Origin: Octopus sinensis
Lineage: Eukaryota
Assembly: GCF_006345805.1 (NCBI RefSeq)
Contig: NW_021835243.1
Coordinates: 1 to 42,327 of the forward strand
Direction of reading: 5' to 3'
DNA: 42,327 bases
The position numbers and the translations under genes are program-made. This document shows, in pieces, positions 36,330 through 42,327 of the stretch (positions are counted from its first letter, which is position 1; every line of letters begins with the position of its first letter). Below the pieces are notes generated by a model that ran no database searches, was not told the origin of the DNA, and saw only the letters and a list, made by a program, of their open reading frames with translations.

Positions 36330-36535
36330 TGAATTATTAACATCGGGAAGGCCTCGGAAAACGTCCAGCACTCCTCCTGCACGATAAAGGATGCAGACCG
36401 AAAGGGTCAACAGTGCAGCCACAACGACACGTGTGCGGGACACATTGCCTGAGTCCGAGTGTGTGGCTCGAGGAGACGGACGAGACAAAAGCAGGGAACG
36501 ATAAGTCGGAACATAAGCGGATGCTGAGCCCCGCA
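36330..36535 (-). mobile_element. CRE RLE zinc-knuckle fragment
   Basis: Minus strand HTCRCGCTVDPFGLHPLSCRRSAGRFPR. Confidence 0.8.
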
Positions 36536-36929
36536 AAAGATAACGGGAGGGTTTACATTTTATTTACCTAAATGTGATATATTATGGAATTCTTGTTGTG
36601 CGTGCATGTTCGTTTCGACTGAGCTCTGTGAAACGTTACCTGAGGGCCTACCTACGAATCAATTGAAAAGAAAAGCCAGTGAGAACGTAGATGAAGTGGC
36701 CCAATGCCAAAGAATTTGCCTTATCTCACAACCCTTCTCCCCAAGTAGGCCACGAAGGCCTGCTTACCTTGCAAGCAGTAATCGATCAAGTCACAAGTTC
36801 CGACAAGATTCAGTGGGCCACAGAAGTGGTTCATTCTGTCAGACAAAGATTTGGAAGGATTTCTCGCGGTGGATGGCCTCATATAACAAGGGCGTTCAAT
36901 TGCATTTTGAGGAGGATTATGATTGTTAA

Positions 36930-38840
36930 ACCCATCCGCAATGTGTCAGTCTTGAGAGATGGGTGGAAGTGGAATCCAAAGAACGAAAGCCGTGTTGAGA
37001 TTCAGCAAATAGGAGGAAAGGTTTTATGATGCTCAGTACTACCCGTTCTGTTATTTTTAAACCACTGAAATCAAAGAGATAGGTCGAAAAGGTCAGATGT
37101 ATCTCGATTTGGTTTTGGAATAGGGATGATGGTAGATTTTTTCCAAAGCATAGGAACCAAACCATGGTTGATCGAGTATTCGATTAAATTGGTCAGGGCC
37201 AGAAAGTCATTTGGACCCAGATTTTTTAGATGGTGGATGACAAGACCATCCGGACCTCTGGCGTAAGAATTTCGCGAGTTAACAACAAGCTGCTTGGTAA
37301 GTGATTCTGGGATGTTAATAAAGTGTGTAGAATTGACATTGGAATTATATGAGATTTTCTTATGAAACAGAGATGTTTGGGGTAGGAATAGTTTAGGCTC
37401 TAAGTTGAACTGATGTAGGAAGGTGACTAATTTTTGCATAATGACGAATTAAGATGTTAGCTTGATCCCGAAAGGATAGGAAAGATTTTTTGGACGAGAT
37501 GCCGGTGGCATGTGAGAGAGGGCATGTTTGCCTTGTGTGAATTTTCTTGAGAGATCTCCAGAAAACACGGGATCCAGTATGTGGGGATATAGATGTGAAA
37601 AAATCATTTCATTTTTCAGTTTTATGTTTTTGATTAGTTCGTCGATTTGTTTATTAATTTCTGCTAGATATTCCGCAGTTCCATTTATAGATGTCGTCGA
37701 TTTGAGCCTCCTTCGTTTTTTGAATAGTTCAATGATCGGGGGAGGATAATGGAGGCCGTGATTTTTGATGAACCGCAGGGAATAATCTTTTGTGCGCAGA
37801 AAGAAGTATATTAGTAAAGAAAGCAACAGCAGAATCAAATGATCGAAAGGAGGAGCAAGAAAAGTTACTGAATATACGCTCAGTGTCATTCCTGAAGGAA
37901 TCCTATTTCCCACGTTTGTAGTTAATGTAGGTCTTCATAATTCTCTTCTTTACAAAGTGATGATTTATTTTAATTAGAATAGGATTGTGATCCGTTAGTA
38001 GGTCTTATGTTTGGGGAACATAAGGTAATGCCAGATGTGTTTGAATCTCCAGGACGCATTTCACAGCGGGTGTGCAGAAGATGATTGTTTAAAGTGATCA
38101 ATTCTTTTGCATCAGTTATGATTTGTTGGCCTCGTTTATCGGTTTTGTTTGTGGATAGCCAAAGAGAATAATGGGCGTTGAAGTCGCCACAAAGAATACA
38201 GTTTCAAGTGAAAAAAGAGGCAGTAAGTTCGGAGTATAATTAGGATCACATGACGAAATCGGGGGGATATATAAGTCGTCGAGAATAGTGGAATATCCCT
38301 TTTCACAGGTGGGAAAGACCTCTAGTCGTGCTACAACGCCGAAGGTAATTCTACCCCCGGCGCGAGCGGTCTTCTTCGTCTGCGGATCCATCTCCGAAGA
38401 CGAATTGCGAGTACCTAAATTGTTAGAAATTGGACGGCAAGCGACACGTTTAGGTTTCCCAACGTTACGCCAGCCGTCCTCATGGGCTACCTGAGTACTT
38501 TTTTTCGCGATCGTTTAGCAGAACTTTTTTTCTGCTTTAAGATTGTCATTTTTGCGCATCACAGAAAAAACGAGCATGCTTGCACGCTACAATTCAACTC
38601 TCAGTAAGTTTGGTCTCACTATTCTCCACGCTATATCAATAGAGTTCGTGTGAAGAAAGTAGCGTAGGTCATTGCATTTCTTAGAGATCCCGTTAATGTT
38701 TAGTTGAAGGATGGTTAGTGTTCTAATAGATTCAGGTTTTGCTCCACATCTCCACACCGAATCAACAACAGAGTCAGGGAACGTAAGCTTGACGCTCGTA
38801 GCCACTGCCAACCAAACCGTTGACATGTTGGTTGGCAAGG
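36930..38840 (-). mobile_element. Degraded APE-RT LINE (Jockey/I-like)
   Basis: ILQLNINGI..LRYFL..IDIA (APE start); ARGPDGL..WKKSTIIPIPKP and SQHGFR (RT N-terminus). Confidence 0.8.
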
Positions 38841-38986
38841 AAAAGGTTGGTTCTGTTTGTTACTGAAGGAGAATCAGCATCCAATCGTCTCCACGAGAAG
38901 GTGAACCACATGACGATCAAGGAAACACTAGAAAAAATCAAAGAAATCAAGGACCCCAAAAATTTAAAAAGCCAACTTTTTTAAAT

Positions 38987-40430
38987 CTAACAGATATTTG
39001 TATTAAAATGATCATTAAAAAAATATTTAGGTTCCTTGAGATTTTTTTTGCCTTTTAGTCTTATTAATTCTTCGAAACGCGGTTTTTTGTTTGCTAGTGC
39101 AATTCTGAGATTGTTTTCAGGGCTAAGAGAGTTTCTGTTCTTATTTTTTATACATAATAGAGATGAAAATCCAGATTCACATAGCCAAGTTGTTGCAAAT
39201 GGAATCAGAACTTCCAGTGCTTTCTTTCCAAGTTTCGGGAACCTGCTTGCAAACCGCTCCAAAAAACTTCTAAAGTATTTGAGCCGTACAACATTTTCAG
39301 TGATGTAGATGCTTGCAATTTAATCAAATCGTCTTTAACTTCGTTTCTATCATCCATCTTTTCCATTTTGAAAACAAATGGATTAACGATCCGTGTATCA
39401 GAATCTTCGATATTTCCGAGTAGAAAACATTCATCAAATGAATTTTTTGAACATTCAAGATTGTTGTTGATTTGTTTAATAGTTTTATCAAAAGTCAAGT
39501 CGGAATCAATAGCAACTTTATCCAACGTTGGAAAATTGGCAAAATTAATGTCTTAAATACGGCGAGTCCATAACAAAAGTTAATTCCTGAAGGTATTTAG
39601 ATTGTCAGAAGCATTAATAATGCTTATCCCTTTCCCTTCAATTGAAAGATTCAACTCGTTAAGGTGATTGAAATTGTCAGCCAAATATGCCACCAAAATA
39701 ACAAAATCAGGAGATTTGATAGAATCAAGTAGTTCAGAGTTTTTTCAAATAGAAATTGCTTGATTTCAACTCTGAGAATATAAAATCTTGTTAAAACACG
39801 ACCTCTTGAATGCCATCTAAAGTCAGTATGATACAAAAGAACAGTGGTGTCAGCATCATAATCAATACATAATGCTTTGAACAATCTATGATTCAAAGCT
39901 CTTCCTCGAATAAAATTCACAATTTTGACGCATGAATTTGAAACGGTATTTAACAGAACGAATATCCATAGCCATAGTCAAAGGCAATACTCTGGCTATC
40001 TACCAATGACCAGTTTTCTTTAGTCTTTAACAAAAAAATATTTGTCAACTTAATAGGCAAGAACTTTGATACGAGTGTATGTCGATGAAAAATACAGTGA
40101 GTAACTTTTACATCTGGAACATGTTTTCTTAAAAGGGCTGCAAAGCCCGACCTGTTCCCCAGCATAACTGGAGCACCGTCCGTGCAAACTGATCCGATAA
40201 ATTCCAATGGAATATCATTTTCATTAAAAAAAGTCTCAGGTATATGGAAAACATTTTTTACAGAGGCTTCTTTTTCGAATTAACAAGAGTCTCGGCACTT
40301 CTTCGATTTTGCAACTTCATATGCTACTTGGAATGATTCCAAATAGTAGCGGTTTGTCAATGGAGGTAAATTCATGCTTCGGAAGCGTTCCTTTAATATT
40401 GTATCTGACCCTTTTAACCTTTAAACATTC
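38987..40430 (-). mobile_element. hAT Buster/ZBED5-like transposase, frameshifted
   Basis: VCTDGAP, THCIFHRH, NFIRGRALNHRLFK, LLYHT..RW.SRG and FATTWLCESGFS (dimerisation domain). Confidence 0.9.
39940..40038 (+). mobile_element. Extremely 5'-truncated CRE 3' end inserted into the hAT gene
   Basis: 39960-40010 matches 1763-1813 at 48/51 nt; followed by an A tract. Confidence 0.85.
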
Positions 40431-40619
40431 GAAATCATTTCCTGAACGTTTTATTCCCCCGTGCTAACCAAAAAAATGCTTGTTCAGCTAAAATGGTTTC
40501 AAATTAGAGTTAGAAAAGATTGCATCACAAATGATGCACTGGGGTCGATCGATTCCATCAATGATTATTTTCGTAAACCATAGTTAAAATAGTCAAGATC
40601 CCAATTAGTGAGACAAGAT

Positions 40620-40952
40620 CCCAGTCATTCTATTAAAAAATTCTGGTGACGAAAAAGTTACCTTTCTATCAGCTATCTTCAACCATTCGATCTACAAAAA
40701 TGTGTTACCGTTATTATGGAAACACTAATAAGGCCGATAATGAAACCTGAAAGACCTAGAGACAACCCTGCATCTTTTAGACCGGTTTCCCTATTATGGT
40801 CCATGTCGAAAAATCCTGGAAAAGATGGTTCTTGGAAATATAAGCTAACATGGATCGGCTGAACGTCTTACTACCTGATAGGTGCCTGACAAAGTGCATC
40901 GGGATCACGTGACTATTTGTCCGGTTTCTTTGTGTTTAAATAAATAAATAAA
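40620..40952 (+). mobile_element. Internally deleted LINE: RT N-terminus joined to 3' end with (TAAA)n tail
   Basis: LSAIFNHS..LW...RPIMKP..FRPVSLL..SK.LEK, then the 3' motif at 40893-40927 and tail at 40937-40952. Confidence 0.65.
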
Positions 40953-41178
40953 CACAGAGAATTCAGCACTCATGGATAACAGTCTGATAGCCAGAGGAAG
41001 AATTCCAAGAACAGTAGGGACCAGGATTACCTAGCCTAGTTAGCTTAACTTTCTCTCTTCGTGGTCTTATGATTAAATAATAAAATGAAATAAAATTGAT
41101 GATGATGAATGAATTTCCATTCTCACGATATCATAATAACTATATTTGCAAACTTGCCGTCATTATTACCAATTACGA

Positions 41179-41895
41179 ATGTTTGATGAGGAGATGATTC
41201 AGAGTCATACAACTGCTATGGCCATCAGATATGCAGGAGGTGTTGTTGTGGCTGCAGACAGCCGAGTAACTCTGCCGGGCCCTTTAAAGAAATGTATACT
41301 AGTTTTTTACTCAATTTAGGCTTTGACACAGAAAAAAAATATTTCAGTTATCAATAAATTCAGTATTGACATACAGTGGATCAGTAAAAGTCGCGAAAAA
41401 TCTTGTAGAACACATTAAAAATGTGTACACGTAATTATTTATATTTTCAACATTTAGAGATGCTTCAAGAGTGGATCACCTGACGATAGAACTGCGAATT
41501 CACAAGTTTTTACAACATATAAAAATGGAATGCGAATATACTGTAAACTTAAGTTTTCTAAATGTTTAGCGAGTCATTTTTGTATGTTTTGACGGGACAA
41601 TGGATTTTATTTCAATAATCGACCATGAAAAAATGTCATACAAAAATATCTACGATTGGTTCAAGATCTCGCCCGGCATTTAATCATGCAAAAAAAAGTT
41701 TCCATATACAATTATTTTAGTTACCCGGGCGAACATTCCACAAAAGAAGATATAATTAAATTAGCAAATGGACCAATAAAACGCGCTGAAAAATCTGACA
41801 AAAAACGGGAGGACCAATATTTAGTTAATGTTATCTATAAGATATTAGTCGTCTCTCTTTCCATGAACGGCATCATTTTTGAAAGTTATCGATGA
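41179..41895 (+). CDS. Divergent proteasome beta-type subunit (most like beta1) with 4 micro-introns and 3 homopolymer frameshifts
   Basis: TTAMAIRYAGGVVVAADSRVT, KIFQL..LTYSGS and TKEDIIKLA..IKRA..D. Introns at 41294-41319, 41431-41457, 41543-41569 and 41698-41720. Confidence 0.75.
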
Positions 41896-42021
41896 TCCAA
41901 GTTTAGTTTAATGCAAAAAATTATTTTAGGTGTTTAAATAAGCGTCGGCTATTTACTGATTGATATAAATTAAATGAATCACATTAAGAAGATATATTCG
42001 TGGCTGCTGGACTAGAGAAAA

Positions 42022-42258
42022 ATGTGGAAAAGTCAGGTGGGTTTTGTGCGGACTCCTTATGGAGACAGAGACTGTTTCGGTATTGGGAGGGGCATCCGAC
42101 AAGGCTGTATTCTATCCCCGGTACTGTTTAATATTTACACGGAGAAAGTCATGGAGGAGTTAAATTGCGAAAATGATATCGGAATCAAGATTGGTAGCCT
42201 CAACATAAATAATCTCTGTTATGCAGACGATACTACTCTGAAACAGAGGATGGCTTGA
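42022..42258 (+). mobile_element. RTE/BovB-like RT fragment
   Basis: GIRQGCILSPVLFNIY..GIKIG..INNLCYADDTTL. Confidence 0.85.
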
Positions 42259-42327
42259 GGCAATTAATTACGAGAGTCTTTATTGCCATACCTTATGCAG
42301 TGTTTGGGGACGGTTTTGCGGTAATTG

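Overview
AT-rich eukaryotic (animal) genomic DNA that is mostly nested, fragmented transposable elements: CRE-clade and R4/Dong-like RLE retrotransposons, APE-type LINEs (L2-like, Jockey/I-like, RTE), and Tc1, pogo/Tigger, Merlin, hAT, Ginger2-type and Helitron DNA elements. Host genes or relics are a TGF-beta/activin type II-like receptor kinase (14253-18412), a DNAL4-like dynein light chain relic, a divergent proteasome beta subunit, an EGFR/InsR-type L-domain relic and an orphan secreted Cys-rich ORF. The organising signal missed by the ORF track is a class of 19-34 nt GT-AG micro-introns. Removing them rebuilds reading frames in the host genes and in Merlin, Ginger2 and hAT transposases. 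Three insertions sit in such introns. One R4/Dong-like copy is flanked by a 331-bp direct repeat that re-creates the receptor's splice acceptor, which could allow splice rescue or a kinase-truncated decoy isoform. Many remaining frameshifts fall in homopolymer runs and may be long-read errors. All family assignments are by motif recognition and hand translation; no database searches were run.
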